DNA of 64,000 bases from Octopus vulgaris (Eukaryota), in NCBI GenBank assembly GCA_951406725.2, contig OX597819.1:101432001-101496000 (forward strand), written 5' to 3'. Positions within the stretch are counted from its first letter, which is position 1. Every line of letters begins with the position of its first letter. The notes below the pieces were generated by a model, which ran no database searches, was not told the origin of the DNA, and worked only from the letters and a program-made list of their open reading frames with translations. The position numbers and the translations under genes were made by a program. Shown here in pieces: positions 1-14,180 of the stretch.

Positions 1-559
1 CAAAACAAGTTGAAACTCGGGGGTGAAATAACATAATGTGCAATAAAATAATATAAGCATGTTGTCTGCAAATCAATTTTATCACAAAAATTGGACAATG
101 CCGCTTATTTTTTAAAGTTGGATGAGAAAAGTTAGGCAAGGTTTTAGATGTAAACTCCCCCACAAAAAAACTTAAAATAACTGCATTTTCCTAGTTTCAT
201 GTCAGCTGGTTTATTGCACGTTAAACAGCCGTAAGAACACCTTGACTGCGAATGCACGTGTTTGATTACAGTTAATTAAAGTTAGAGTGATATCGATTTT
301 TTTAGCCGCTTACAAACGTGTGAAAACGCAGAAATGAATACAGTTGTTCGTGGTCTAATATTTAAATCAAATTGAGACTCAATTTACAAAAAGCAAGCTG
401 TATATACATATATCTGTTATTTAAATGTGAAAACGTAGAAATGAATTGTTTAGAACGCCGGTTAATGAAGAGGATTGCGGAAGAAACAGGACAACCAGAT
501 TGCAAAAATAGCAATTCTTACTTTGAAACTGACAATTTTGAAAATCTTTTTAGATTACG

Positions 560-680
560 GAAAGCCTCCGCTCTCTCATGTATCCATGGTTGAAATTTCA
601 GCGCGATCGGATGAACAATACTCGAGTTACAAGCGCACAAAAAATAGACAGACAGAACGGGATTTATATATTAGATATAT
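560..680 (+). mobile_element. Possible 3' end of a Helitron-like non-autonomous repeat
   Basis: aaatttcagcgcgatcgg...gacagacagaac...tttatatattagat resembles the 3' portion of Lep1/HINE-type elements; recognised from memory only. Confidence 0.35.
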
Positions 681-719
681 ATGTATATATATTTATATTT
701 ATATTTATATTTATAAGTA

Positions 720-910
720 TTTCTGTTTGTGTTTGTCTCCCAACCATCGCTTGACAACTGATGTTGGTGTGTTTACCTCCTCGTAACGTAGGGGTTCGGC
801 AAAATACATCGATAGAATAAATGCGAGGCTTACAAATAATAAGTTCTGAGGTCAAATTTTGCGACTACGGCTCTGCATGGCCGCAATCAAATGACTAAAA
901 TAAGTAACAG
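720..910 (+). mobile_element. SINE family A, 3' half
   Basis: Matches 3390-3580 (catcgcttgacaac...gcatggccgcaatcaaatgact). Confidence 0.85.
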
Positions 911-938
911 AAATATATAGATATACATATATACATAC

Positions 939-1031
<93 letters not shown>

Positions 1032-1265
1032 CATACGTACATACATACCTCCAGAGAGGTATGGCTCTTTTTTCTTTTATGTGATGTTTAAACCGAAGTC
1101 AGTCTTGACCTAAAGTTCCAATGAAAGAATACGTTCCTTATGTAACCACTTTGTCTCTGTGCACACTTGTGATTAAAGCCTTCATGTGTTATACCACCGT
1201 AGAGTGTATGACGGAGATTTGTTTGAATAGATCTATGACGAAAGTCCGTCTAGAAATATATGTAT

Positions 1266-1324
<59 letters not shown>

Positions 1325-1537
1325 ATGTAAAGGTAAAATCTAAAGTGTAAGGATCAAGGTGTAGGAAATTAGCGACCTTCAAGCAATCCATAGATATAAA
1401 AAGCAACTTTCAGGAACAATAGTGTTTTATTGGCGCAGAGTAAGATAAGCTAAAAAAAGTTAATTAGCTTAACGACGGGGGTTGTGTTATATGTTTATAA
1501 ACATTCGAAATTTAGGGAATGGAGAAAATAAAATCCA

Positions 1538-1622
1538 GGCTACATATGTTTCATAGCTAGCGGAATCACGGAAATAGTAAATTATCCAAATGCCAGGTAG
1601 GCCGCAAGCTACTTTTCTGGCC
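1538..1622 (-). ncRNA. Decayed type-I hammerhead-like motif with long helix II
   Basis: Minus strand: ggc CAGAAAA gtagcttgcgg...ccgctagctat GAAA CATATG TA gcc. Helices I, II and palindromic III pair; core differs from CUGAAGA at two positions. Confidence 0.5.
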
Positions 1623-2028
1623 AATGATTGTATGAAGTTTACTCTGTCCTTAGGAGTTCCCATATAAACTCGTTGGGGATTCGATCGAAATTTTGGATAT
1701 AAATATATATAGCCATACATGCTAAAACACACCCAAACAGACACACACAGAGATATATATTAGGGGGGCTAGTTTCCTTAATGTACAACTCCTGTTTAGG
1801 CAGTAAGGCATGATTTGAGGGCATACATAGATTACAAACAGGCAAATTAACACAGAAAGAATTGCATAGAGATATAAACCGGTACGTACATACATAGACA
1901 CGCAATAACAGTCAGAAACGTGCACACAATAACACATACACATAGAGAAACAGGTCAGACGAAGTTTTGTCTTTTGTAACTTATTTCCGCAGTGCATGCA
2001 CGTTGAATAGACCGTGAGTTTTAGTTAG

Positions 2029-2062
<34 letters not shown>

Positions 2063-2910
2063 TGTGTCTGTGTCTGTGTCAATGCGTGCGTGTATGTATG
2101 TGCGTGCGTGTGTATGCGTGTGTGCATGTGTGTGTGTGTGTTGATGAGACTGTCTTCCTAGGATAGTTCGTGTGTGCGCTGTATGTTTGTACTTATGTGT
2201 GAGTGTCATACAGTGTGTGTGTTTGTGTGTGTGTGTGTGTCTTGGTGAAACTAAATTAGTATTGGTACGATACAGTGTTACTAACAGAATCGCAAATGCA
2301 AAAGTACTCGCTCACATACGCACATACCAGGGGTACAAACTCCTACACATATACATAACATACGCAGATTGAAGCACTCACACACATACACACGCACCAT
2401 CGCCAACAACAGCACATCCACATGCACACACACTCCCGTAGCTATGTATACAGCCAGAGAAAGAAATCCCGCACCGAATCTTCGATTACGCCCATCACTC
2501 TCTCCTCTCTCGTTCCTTCTTCCATTGTTAACTTTAGTTTTTATCGGTGTTGTTTGTGTTTGCAATTTAAGCGACATCGATTACATGACGCTTTTTTGGA
2601 GCACAGTAATTATTTTAATCAAGGGGGTGGGCGTGCACATGAGTGTATGTCTGCGCGCGCGTGTGTGTGCCCGTGTACGTGTAGGTTTGTTATTGTGGAG
2701 TAAATAAGTAAATAAAATATATAGGAATTATTGTAACATAAAATTCACAACTTCAAAGATGTCCGAAAAAGCTAAAGAAAAGAAAATAATTGTAGAGATC
2801 CTTGGAGTGGGCATGGTACAAACTAAATGCATCACCAAAATATATTATTTACATAAATAACAACTATTTTACTGATGATGCAAACGAAGAACTAAATTGA
2901 AGATTGTAAT

Positions 2911-3062
2911 ATTTATTTCTTTATTACCCACAGGGGGTTAAACATAGAGGGAACAAACAAAAAGAGATAAAGAGATTAAGTCGATTACATCAACCCCCAG
3001 TGCGTAACTGGTTTTTTATTTCATCGACCGCAAAAGGATGAATGGCAAAGTCGACGTCGAAC
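2911..3062 (-). mobile_element. SINE family B (Tx1-like tail variant), 3' part
   Basis: Reverse complement of 6985-7128. Confidence 0.85.
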
Positions 3063-3208
3063 TACAGAAGCAGTATTAATACAAAAAGGCAGCATTTGTG
3101 TCCAACTTAACGTGGATGTTAGAACATGGAATATCTTTTAAATAGTCTGCAGCAATTTGCGACATCAGTGCCTGAAAAGATATTGAAATTTTATAAATCG
3201 TTGACATA

Positions 3209-3580
3209 GGCGCAGGAGTGGCTATGTGGTAAGTAGCTTGCTTACCAACCACATGGTTCTGGGTTCAGTCCCACTGCGTGGCACCTTGGGCAAGTGTCTT
3301 CTACTATAGCCTTGGCTGACCAAAACCTTGTGAGTGAAGCCCGTCGTATGTGTGTGTGTGTGCGTATGTGTATGTATATGTTTGTGTGTTTGTCCCCCAA
3401 CATTGCTTGACAACCGATGCTGGTGTATTTACATCCCCGTAACTCAGCAGTTTGGCAAAATAGACTGATAGAATAAGTCTTACAAAGAATAAGTCCTGGA
3501 GTAGATTTGCTCGACTAAAGGCGGTGCTCCAGCATGGCCGCAGTCAAATGACTGAAAAAAGTAACAGTGTAACAGAGTAA
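3209..3580 (+). mobile_element. SINE family A, near full length (tRNA-like head, internal (TG)n/(TA)n)
   Basis: A-box-like tggctatgtggtaag and B-box-like ggttcagtccc; multiple homologous copies in the window. Confidence 0.9.
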
Positions 3581-5258
3581 AGTTCAACTGTGGTGTCGCT
3601 ATCGGATGTTTGTGTCCTAGGAGCTCCAAGCAGGAAGCATTTTCAGTTGAGCATTGGGCTTGATTTAATCGATTTACCCACCTCCCGAAATTTCTGGCAT
3701 TGTTCCAGGATGACAAAGGATTTGTAAAGAAATGTATTGAAAGGTGAGGGCACACATTTATAAATATAAGAAAGACAAAATGTAGTATATTGTATGCTTT
3801 GTGGAAATATCTGTGATTACCGTCAGCGGTAATATGTAGCTTTCTTTTATTTACAACGAATTAAAATCACAATCAATTTGTCTTCAGTCATAGCTCCCTT
3901 TGTAACAGGTATATTAAACAGAATTACACCAGCGACACACACACTTAAAACCCTTTACACACACACACACACACACACAATGGAAGAAGGCATTCATAGA
4001 AAATACAGAAATATATACGTATACGTATATCTACACGTAAGTAGATATAAGTTTAAACTTATGTGGGTGTTTTTCTTTGTTTTCTGTATGTTGTGCGTGC
4101 ATGCGTGCGAAAGAGCATGTCTGTGAGTGTGTTAGTGTGCGTGAGGGTGTTTATGTGGTCATAGGGAAACGGGGAAGATAATGAAATTGAGAAAATAATT
4201 TATGGTCATTGGGCTAAGCAGATGAAATGCTTCTGTGGCTTCACATGAAAAGAGACTGAATATTAACGAAAACAAACACGTATGTCTACTGACATCTGTA
4301 CCGAGAAGTAAAGCCTCTAACATTTAACAAAATGAGATAGATCATTTGACTTTAGAAATTACATACAACACGTGACAGTCTGTCTTAACGATTGACTTTC
4401 ATCTGCCGCTATTTTGCAACAATAGGTCCTAGTTTCGTTACATACGGACGGAATAAATTACATCTAATACTGAAATGACTAAGATAAAATACAATTATCA
4501 ATTGTAGGAACTACAGTGATGTCCCTGTATTCCGAGAAGTCCGTAAATACTGTGCAATACCCTGTATCGAATAAACAGATCATGATGAGAAGTAATTTGC
4601 ATACGGTGAGTTTTAAATAGTGGATTGATAATGATTAAGCATACTCTGCTCTACAAACGTATTAATTTGTATCTGTATCTGTTAAATAAAATCATGTTCT
4701 TTACTTCACTTTGTTTTATTATCATCTTATAAACATATTACTGTACATATGGTACGGAAACGTATATTTTAAGAATCTTAAATGGATTAATGAATATCAA
4801 ATAGATCTAGCTTTAGGTGTGTATTTGTTTAAATGTGCTAAATGCAATTTTGTACAATTTAGTTCTTTAATTGTCTTAGTTCCTTTTATAATTCAATCAT
4901 ATAATTAAGCTGTGTCAAGAAAACTGGGAAGTTAAAAAGTCATGGCCACTTCCAATTCTAAGCTTGACGGATACTTTGTCCAGGACTGTATGAGCCTAAG
5001 CTTTAGAAAATAGTGAGGTATATATCGACCCTTCGCTTTGATTTGTTTCATCTCCGAACGTTTGCGGGTACCTTTTTCTTTATTGTATGTATATAAAATA
5101 AGTTGTTCGATGTTTAAATCAAGACCTACCAGCTTTTTCCAGTCGCTAATCTGTACCACTAATACATGTGTAGGTATTCATCCAATATATTTGAATAAAT
5201 AGACATAATGGAATGTATACCGACTGATGCCTGTCGATTTTATATCCGTTTTCTTATT

Positions 5259-5628
<370 letters not shown>

Positions 5629-6832
5629 ATATAGATATATATATCATACTTAAACAGAACATACTGTTGAAAGTCAGAAAATGCAGTATTTCTCTTATAC
5701 AAAAACAATAATTGAATAATTACAGATGTCTCAAATAGCTGTCAAGCTGAAAAGACATGCGTGTTCAGCGCACAAGTAATATGAGTTAAAAATAGCAATC
5801 TGTATATCATACTTAATGCAGACATTCATCTCAAGGAGACATTTCTAATGAACCTATAGTGTTGCCGGCTGATGGCATTTCCAGTTTTTATATTAAAGAA
5901 ATGGTGTATATTCTCACTGATATTTGATCCTCACTAAAACTGTCCAGATCTCTTAAAAATATCCTCCTGTCTCATAAGTTTGGTTGCTTAGTTTTAAATA
6001 TAATTTATGCTCTTTACTGCTACTACAAGTGACCTCTACTTCTAGGAGCTGGCCGGATTTGAAGCACCTTCACATAGATCCATACCACTGCCCTTCTGTT
6101 TTTTTAATATTTTTTCTATCCTTATACGTGCTTCCTTCCCAAAACATCGGTCCTCAAGTATTCTCTCCTTACCCCTATTTACCCCCGTCACAACATCCGT
6201 CACCTTGCACCTGTTCAAGTGAAGCATCAATCACGTCAATTTCACACGTTTGGGTGGGGCTGGGAATGCCGAAGTCTCAGCCCTCTTCCTCGGGAACTAA
6301 CCATTAACATAAATAATATCTCAGCAGTGTTTCATGGCAATTATTTATTACACCTCTCACCAAACGTAGATAACAGTGACAGATAAAAGGACAGAAATAA
6401 ACTCTGAATAAAAATATTACGCCTATAGTATATGAACTGATGTCGAGAGGTCTAATAGTCAAATATTTTACCAATTCTGTCAAGTCTATAGACAATGATA
6501 TTCAAAAATAATGCAATAAAATAGACGTGGATGCTTATGTTGCTGTGTTGGTTCTTTAATTCCAGACCAGTTCTCATCGGTCACACCTTCAGTAAACTGC
6601 TTTGAGACCTTGATGTTCCAGTCATTTCTTTTTTTTTTTTTAGACATGATGTATCCAACCAAACCCAGCATTGTCTCTATAAACGTATACCTCGTGCGCA
6701 CTCTCTAGTGAGGTCATGCCAACGTTATCCCTTTTAACAGAGAAAGAAAAACACATGCATTGCTCATATCAGGAAAACAGTATCGTACTACAAGTCTTCT
6801 ATGCATAAGCGGTATTCAGCAAGAGCCCTCTC

Positions 6833-7460
6833 AGCGAACTGGCAGAAACGTTAGCACGCCGGACGAAATGCTTAGCGGTATTTCGCCTGCCGTTAAGGCG
6901 GCGAGCTGGCAGAAACGTTAGCATGCAAGGCGAAATGCCTAGCCGCATTTCGTCTGCCGTTACGTTCTGCGTTCAAATTCCGCCGAGGTCGACTTTGCCT
7001 TTCATCCTTTCGGGGTCGATTAAATAAGTACCAGTTACGCACTGGGATCAATATAATCGACTTGATCCGTTTGTCTGTCCTTCTTTGTCCCCTCTGTGTT
7101 TGGCCCCTTGTGGGTAGTAAAGAAATAGGTATTTCGCCTGCCGTTACGTACTGAGTTCAAATTCCGCCGAGGTCGACTTTGCCTTTCATCCTTTCGGGTT
7201 CGATAAATTAAGTACCAGTTACGCACTGGGGTCGATGCAATTAACTTAATCCGTTTGTCTGTCCTTGTATATCCTCTCTATATTTAGCCCCTTGTGGGTA
7301 GTAAAGAAATAGGTATTTCGTCTGCCGTTACGTTCTGAGTTCAAATTCATCCTTTCGGGGTCGCTTAAATAAGTACTAGTTATGCACTGGGGTCGATATA
7401 ATCGACTTAATCCGTTTGTCTGTCCTTGTTTGTTTCCCATTGTGGGCAGTAAAGAAATAA
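6833..7460 (+). mobile_element. SINE family B tandem array (duplicated head plus three 184-bp-period bodies)
   Basis: tRNA-like head tggcagaaacgttagc, B box gttcaaattcc, central gtcgactttgcctttcatcctttcggggtcgat domain; units start near 6945, 7129 and 7313. Confidence 0.9.
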
Positions 7461-7489
7461 GAGCTCTCGCAATCTCTACGAATAGTTCA

Positions 7490-8030
7490 CCTCACTATTA
7501 CGAGGTTTCTCCATAGCAAAAGCATTTCTTTGGCATCCCAAAGACTAATTTCCGTCTATACAGGTGGAAGACATTTCAACCCCCAACAAGTCCAAACAAT
7601 CTACAAAACTCAGCTAAGGCCCACAATGAGGTATTTCACCAACATATGGGACGGGGCAGCTTCTAAATGCACTGGCATGCTGGACTGCATCCAAATATAG
7701 TTTATATGGCAGACCAGCATTATATCATTATCGGTGACGGTAGCCGCTTGCCCATAAAATAGAGGCTACTATGCACTCTGTCTCTTTTCTATTGCTACTA
7801 TAATGGTCACTACTACTAGATACTAGCTGGCCTAATTTTATAACTACTCAGGTACCACCGACTCACCCTAAATCCAGCCCACTCGTCGCTCTTGTTTCAA
7901 CTAACCAACCCGTATCCTTCCCAACCAGTATGTCTAATCCTTTCTCCCCAGAAATTCGCTCTTTGGAATCTCTTCACTACTAACATCTTTTCCACCAGGC
8001 AGGCATTCACCTCTAATAGATTAAACGGCA
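7490..8030 (+). mobile_element. Highly decayed LINE RT C-terminal fragment (Jockey/CR1-group-like)
   Basis: Translates to RRHFNPQQVQTIYKTQLRPTMRYFTNIWDGA, like the YK..IRP.MEY...IW motif of LINE RT C-termini. Confidence 0.5.
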
Positions 8031-8431
8031 TAATAATAGAATCTCTCTCACCAAATCACGGAGAAGCTGCAAGGGCCAATGGCCTCAGGTGCTTCCTCCT
8101 GATTCAGCAAGTAAAAGGAGACAACAATAGACATTTTGCCTCTTATCTGTCCAACTGTTTTTTAATGGCATAATGTATCTGGGACTACACTTCAGAGAAC
8201 ACGTTTCATAATATGACTATACTATTCATGATAAAGTTGTCTCATTTATTTCAAAACGGTCATGTGAAAATTAAGCAATATTTGACCACTGATGTTTCTA
8301 GCAAATCAATAGACCATATAAAAGTTCGTTCTCTAATGCACGAAAGGGTGTGGGGAAGTAATACACACATATATAAACACCCGTGCATGTCAACACACAC
8401 ACGCGCAAACACACCTATGTATCTGATTGTG

Positions 8432-8523
<92 letters not shown>
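8432..8523. repeat. (GATA)n microsatellite at the LINE 3' flank
   Basis: Direct reading. Confidence 0.95.
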
Positions 8524-8525
<2 letters not shown>

Positions 8526-10131
8526 GTTTCTTTTTTAGCCAAACAGGGCTGGACACAGACGGGACAAATTACAAAGTAGAGCTTTTCTTTTGGAGGAGAA
8601 AAGAAAAATTGGGGTAGGTTTTCGATCAAAAGGGATCGTGAAAAGGAAAGAAAAGAAAACGATCAATAGGGATCGTGTATCACAAAAATGTCATGATGTA
8701 AAGTGTAAAGGGGGAAGCAGATAATGTTTATCGTGGAAAGAAAAGCCTACGGAAAAGACCACGGTAACATCGGTCAGTAATGTCACATGTTAACACATTT
8801 ATTTGCAAGTAAGTAACTCTCTGTTTTTAATTTTCCGGGTTCATAGGATTATGCTCAAGGTGGCTTCGTCATTAATACGTGCCATCCTTGCTAGTTTCAC
8901 CCATCTTTTTTTGAAACATTCGCTAGACAAAACTTTCTTCTCTACTCTCATTTTTCTTTTCAAGTGATACTTGAAGAAGTTGATGACATATTGACCAGAG
9001 AGGAAAGTGTGTGTCTCTAATCCTTTCAGACGCGTCCATCAGATACATTCTTTCGCCACAGCCACAAGTATTATGAAAATAGCTCTTCTTTCACGTTTGA
9101 AGGAAGGAGGCGTGACAATATTGAGGATAGACTCGGCTGATAAACCGACTCGTCCCACACGTGACAGCAGTCGTTCGACATAAGCCCACAGGTCGGAAGG
9201 GGTGGACACTGCACGAGCGCGTGCAGAACGGTTTCGTCGTTTTGACTGCAGCTCGAGCAGGTCGGCCTCGTGTTTCTGGAGCCGTGTCTGTAGAGCTTAT
9301 CCCGAACGAGTAGCGCTTCTCGGTAGCACTGCCAGGCCAGGGATCTCTGGAAGTTGTCCATAGGTCCTGGCCCGAAAGTCGTCCTGAACAGGCGGGTCAG
9401 GTTTTCCTCGTCGACGCCCAGGTTCGCCCCGAGCTCGTAGTCGTACCTCCCCTCCACTAATCCCCTATAGAATGCTTTGGTTGTGCTGAAGTCACGCATG
9501 GTCGACCCGGGACGGCATAGTTGCTTGAGAGCAACGCGACATTCGCGGTGCCATTCGCCCTTCCTCAGCCTCTTTTTGATCCACAACTGCAGTTCGGTCA
9601 TGGAGACGAGTTGCGGGAAAGCGTGCCTCACAAACGGCGACCACGCCTGTTCACCGTCATTTACGTGGATCCGGATATGTCGCAGTCTCAGCGCATGTCT
9701 GCGCATCATCAACTACGGCATGACCATTCCTCCTTTTAACGGGTGTTGACAGCAAATGGATCGTCCGACCATCGGGACGCATCCTTTCCACAAGAAGCGG
9801 AAGAGAATGCGTTCTAGTTTGGTGATGGTAGGATCGGGTCTAGGCACGAGGGTCAGCCGGTAGTAGATGACGAACGCGACGTACGTTTTCGCCACCTCCG
9901 CCCGACCTTTTAGGGACAGTTTCGTCTCCGCCCTTTGCCGGGCGAGAGTGACCACCCCGAGCAACTCGACTAGACCGGCGGTCCAGCGTAGCACGACTGA
10001 GGCGCTGGCAGACGGCACGGGCTTGCTTCTCCGGGTGCCGAGCCGCAAGCCCACTGACTTTTCCCGGTTAATTTTCGCTCGTGTCACCGCTTCGTAGTTT
10101 TTCAGTGTCTCGCCGACCAGCTCGATCTCCT
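8524..10131 (-). mobile_element. 5'-truncated Tx1/L1-clade LINE: RT C-terminus, zf-RVT and 3' UTR; frameshifted
   Basis: ORF pieces TRAKINREKSVGL, LSLKGRAEV, RILFRFLWKG, and CSSCSQNDETVLHALVQCP (zf-RVT CxxC..E...H...C). Confidence 0.9.
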
Positions 10132-10136
10132 CTTGG

Positions 10137-10263
<127 letters not shown>

Positions 10264-10635
10264 CAGATATATGATGGCATGGTTCATTTAATAACGTTCA
10301 TTCATAATTTAAAGCCAGCCAACTATTTCACTTTGGCAGCAGCTAATTTAAGTTGTATTTCTAGTAGAGCAGTGACTTTGCTTATTCGTTTGTTTATTAT
10401 TCGGCACCGCCACAACCGCGACCACAAACACCACCACCACCACCACCACCACCACTCCTAGCTTCTCATTTTCTCCACAGAACATTCTAAATACTAAATG
10501 TTTTGATGCTGTTATGAAAATAGTTTTGTCAGTTTCGTAAATAGGTAAATACTTTTATTCTGTTCTCCGTCATTATCTTTCCCTCGCTCTGCCCTCACTC
10601 ATTCTCACAAACACACACACACACACACACACACA

Positions 10636-10668
<33 letters not shown>

Positions 10669-10744
10669 TTTCTTCTCTTTCTCTTTCATTCTTTCAATAA
10701 GTTTATCTCACTGTCTTGGTTTTAGTACACGTTTGTATTTGTTT

Positions 10745-10778
10745 CAATTATATATGTATATGTATATATGTATGTATG

Positions 10779-10841
<63 letters not shown>

Positions 10842-10948
10842 GTATATACACACATATATAAACATATATGTATATATGAGGGGGGATGAGCGTGTGTAAA
10901 CACATATACGCACATACATATGCGCACATGGTCTTAAGTATGCATATA

Positions 10949-10990
<42 letters not shown>

Positions 10991-11017
10991 TATACGTATA
11001 TATATATATATGTATAC

Positions 11018-11055
<38 letters not shown>

Positions 11056-11059
11056 ATAA

Positions 11060-11102
<43 letters not shown>

Positions 11103-11154
11103 TGTATACATATACATTCTTAACCCATGTTCATACGTGTGTGCCTCTATATTC

Positions 11155-11190
<36 letters not shown>
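10745..11190. repeat. Compound (TA)n/(TATG)n low-complexity tract
   Basis: Direct reading; one of dozens of similar tracts. Confidence 0.9.
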
Positions 11191-11193
<3 letters not shown>

Positions 11194-11725
11194 CGGACAC
11201 ATGCACGCACATGTACAAACACACATACACACGCCGACGCACATACATGTATGGTTATACTCACGTACACGTGATTGTATCTGTGGATTATATGAGTGTG
11301 TTTTGGAGCGTGTACATTTATATACATATACATACGTGACTGTATGTATATTTAAATTACGAGAGGGTGAGAAAAATATGGGTAGGAGAAAAGAAAGAAA
11401 GCGAAAGAAAGAAGGAGAACTAAAGATAAAGAATGCTCCTTATCTACTTAAGAATATAGAATTCCATCAGTAAAGTTTTTAGCGAGGAATTCAGAACTCA
11501 TTTCTCAAAAAAGAGTAAAATACAAAAACAAAAAAAAAAAAAAAAATTGTGTGGAATATTACTTCACTGAATTTTTTTCTCTTCTACTTCTTTTTTATCA
11601 TCATTCATCATGGCCGTTGCTGTTGTTGTTGAGGTTGTTGTTGTTATTTGTAGAGTGGAGGTGATGTTGTTAGTGTTGGCATTTGTAAATTTATACACAC
11701 ATACGTATATATAGTATATGTATAC

Positions 11726-11774
<49 letters not shown>

Positions 11775-11887
11775 TACACACACACCTATATATATTTCAA
11801 TTTGTCATGTGTTTTATCCGCTGTGCTGTTGGTCTTCGAAGAAAAATACAGATGTTAGGAAACTATATATGTGTGTGTATATATACA

Positions 11888-11986
<99 letters not shown>

Positions 11987-12984
11987 ATATGTATGAGTAC
12001 AAGCAGTCAGAGTTTTTTACATACACACGTAGATATATATATACATTCATTTACACAATTATGAAGATGGTGAGCGAGGAAAAAAGAAAGAGAGGGAGAG
12101 AGAGGGAAAAGGATTGTGGGAGTGAGTGCGTGTGTTTGTATGTGCGTGTATGTGTGTTTGTATATGATTTATTCGATTATATAATGTTTCAGCGTGAATT
12201 TCACCTAAATGTGGTTGGATTCACGTAGAAACTCGGGGTAATGTGCAATGTTTTAAACAAGTAAAATATATATACTCTAACCATTGATTATGTATGCGCT
12301 CAAGCTTGTGTTGAAATATGCATGCAGATATATCTTAACACACACACACGCACACCAACACACACATTTATTTATATTTATATGAAAAGTTTTTTTGTAG
12401 CTCATTTTTGTCTCGATTTTGAGTTTCATGCCACTGCGATCCTCAGGCTAGAACTGTTACAAATCACTCTGGTCGTATATTTACATTCATTGATATATGT
12501 GTCTTTTTTTGCCTGTACATTTCATAGATTTTCTTTTGCACTTTTGTGTTATTTTGTTGCTTCTTTTTTTTTTTTTTGCTGTATATTTTGGTCCTATGAG
12601 TTTTTTCATGAAATGAATTGCATTTGTTCGTTGTTTAGTGTTAATGCTTCGTGTTTAATGAGTTAGCTGGGTTGTATATTTAGAAGAAGAAGAAGAAGAA
12701 GAAGAAGAAGAAGAAGAAGAAGAAGAAGAAGAAGAAGAAGAAGACGAAGAAGAAGGAGGAGGAGGAAGAGGAGAAGAATAAGAATAAGAGCAATAGTAGT
12801 ATTCAAAGCGAGCAAAGAACTGCTACGTGTCTACGTGTCGCCGCCGCCTGTGCGCCTTTCGTCGATATGCCGTCTGCAAAGGTCGTCACGATATCGAACG
12901 TGTGTGTGCTTGTGTGTTACATGCCCCCCGGCCGCTTCGAAAAATCGTCGTCGTCCTCTGCCCCGTTTTCTGGAGTGTAAGGAA

Positions 12985-13815
12985 GAAGCTGCCAAAGGGT
13001 CACCGAATGCGGTAAGGTCGATGAGTAGAAATCAGACAAAGAATTGTCCACTGGTCCTCGAGGTTAGGGGATGAGCAATGGGCTTATAACCCATTCTCGT
13101 AAGAAAAAAAGCCCTTAATACAGAAACCAGAAGCGCTCAAAGAGAAAGTCGTACCGCACGAAACGGGGATTGGAAAATGAGACTTGACAGGTACCGGATG
13201 ACGATAACATCAGATTCTTGGATGACCAGAACACAATGGCTTTGTCGGACCAAAGCCATAAGGAAACCCAATGACAGAAAAAAATCACTTGCAAAACCAA
13301 AACGCAATTTAAATATTGGGATTTAGAATGTCAAAACAATGTATGTGATCGGGAAAGCGACTTAAGTTGCCAGAGTCAGGAAGACATACAACATCGATGT
13401 TCTAGGAATTAGTGAGTTAGATGGACTGGTTTGGGCGATATGGAGCTAAGTACGGGTGAAACTCTCATCTATTCTGGCAGGAAAGACGAGACACACCGCA
13501 GTAGAGTAGCTTTTGTGATGCCCAAAGCCGCTGAATCGGCACTCATGAAATGGAAACCGGTGAGTGAGAGAATCACCACAGCCAGATTTTATTCCAAATT
13601 CATTAAACTAACAGTCATCCTCGTGTATGTACCTACAAAGGATGCAAAGGATGAGGTGAAAAACACCTTCTATGAACAACTGCAAACTGTAGTCGAAATG
13701 AATGACAAGTTTGGAGCAAGTAATAAAGGGAATGATAGAATAATGGGTAAATATGGAACAGGAATCGTCAACAGTAATGGCGAAATGCTTGTAGAATTCT
13801 GCGGCATGAATGATC
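12985..13815 (+). mobile_element. RTE-clade LINE 5' fragment (5' UTR plus decayed APE endonuclease)
   Basis: RTE-like 5' UTR cactggtcctcgaggttagggg; NIDVLGISE, LIYSG, WKPVSERITTARF, VYVPT, FYEQLQ, NGEMLVEFC. Confidence 0.85.
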
Positions 13816-13980
13816 TGCGTACATATGTCCTGAGTTCAAGTTCTACTGAGGCCGACTTTGCCCTTCCTCCGTTTGGGGGTCGAGAAAATAAGTGCCAATT
13901 AAACATTGGTGTCGATGGAGTCGACTGGGCCCCTCTCCCGAAATTTCTTGCTTTGTGCCTTTCGAAGACAAGAGTAATTT
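13815..13980 (+). mobile_element. SINE family B (alternative tail) truncating the RTE fragment
   Basis: gagttcaag...gaggccgactttgcccttcctccgtttgggggtcg central domain. Confidence 0.75.
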
Positions 13981-14002
13981 AAAGCAATTTCAATTTAACG
14001 GA

Positions 14003-14180
14003 TAGCTGCAAGAATCGTTAGCATAATGGGCGAAATGCTTAGCAGCATTTCTTCCGTGTCTGCGTTCTGAATTCAAATTCAGCTGAGGTCAATTTTGCCT
14101 TTCCTCCTTTCGGTGTCCATAAAATAAGTACAAGTTTAACACAGAGCGATGGATTCGATCTATACCCTCCCTCAAAATTA
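14003..14180 (+). mobile_element. SINE family B (alternative tail)
   Basis: gaatcgttagc head plus central domain. Confidence 0.75.

Noticed and set aside
6833-7460. Tandem units as a CRISPR array or tRNA gene cluster
   Set aside because: Units are 184-bp SINE bodies without unique spacers; heads are tRNA-derived but do not give a complete cloverleaf
12825-13100. HDV-like ribozyme at the RTE 5' end
   Set aside because: CpG-rich with a CGAAU motif, but I could not build the nested P1/P2/P3 pseudoknot by eye
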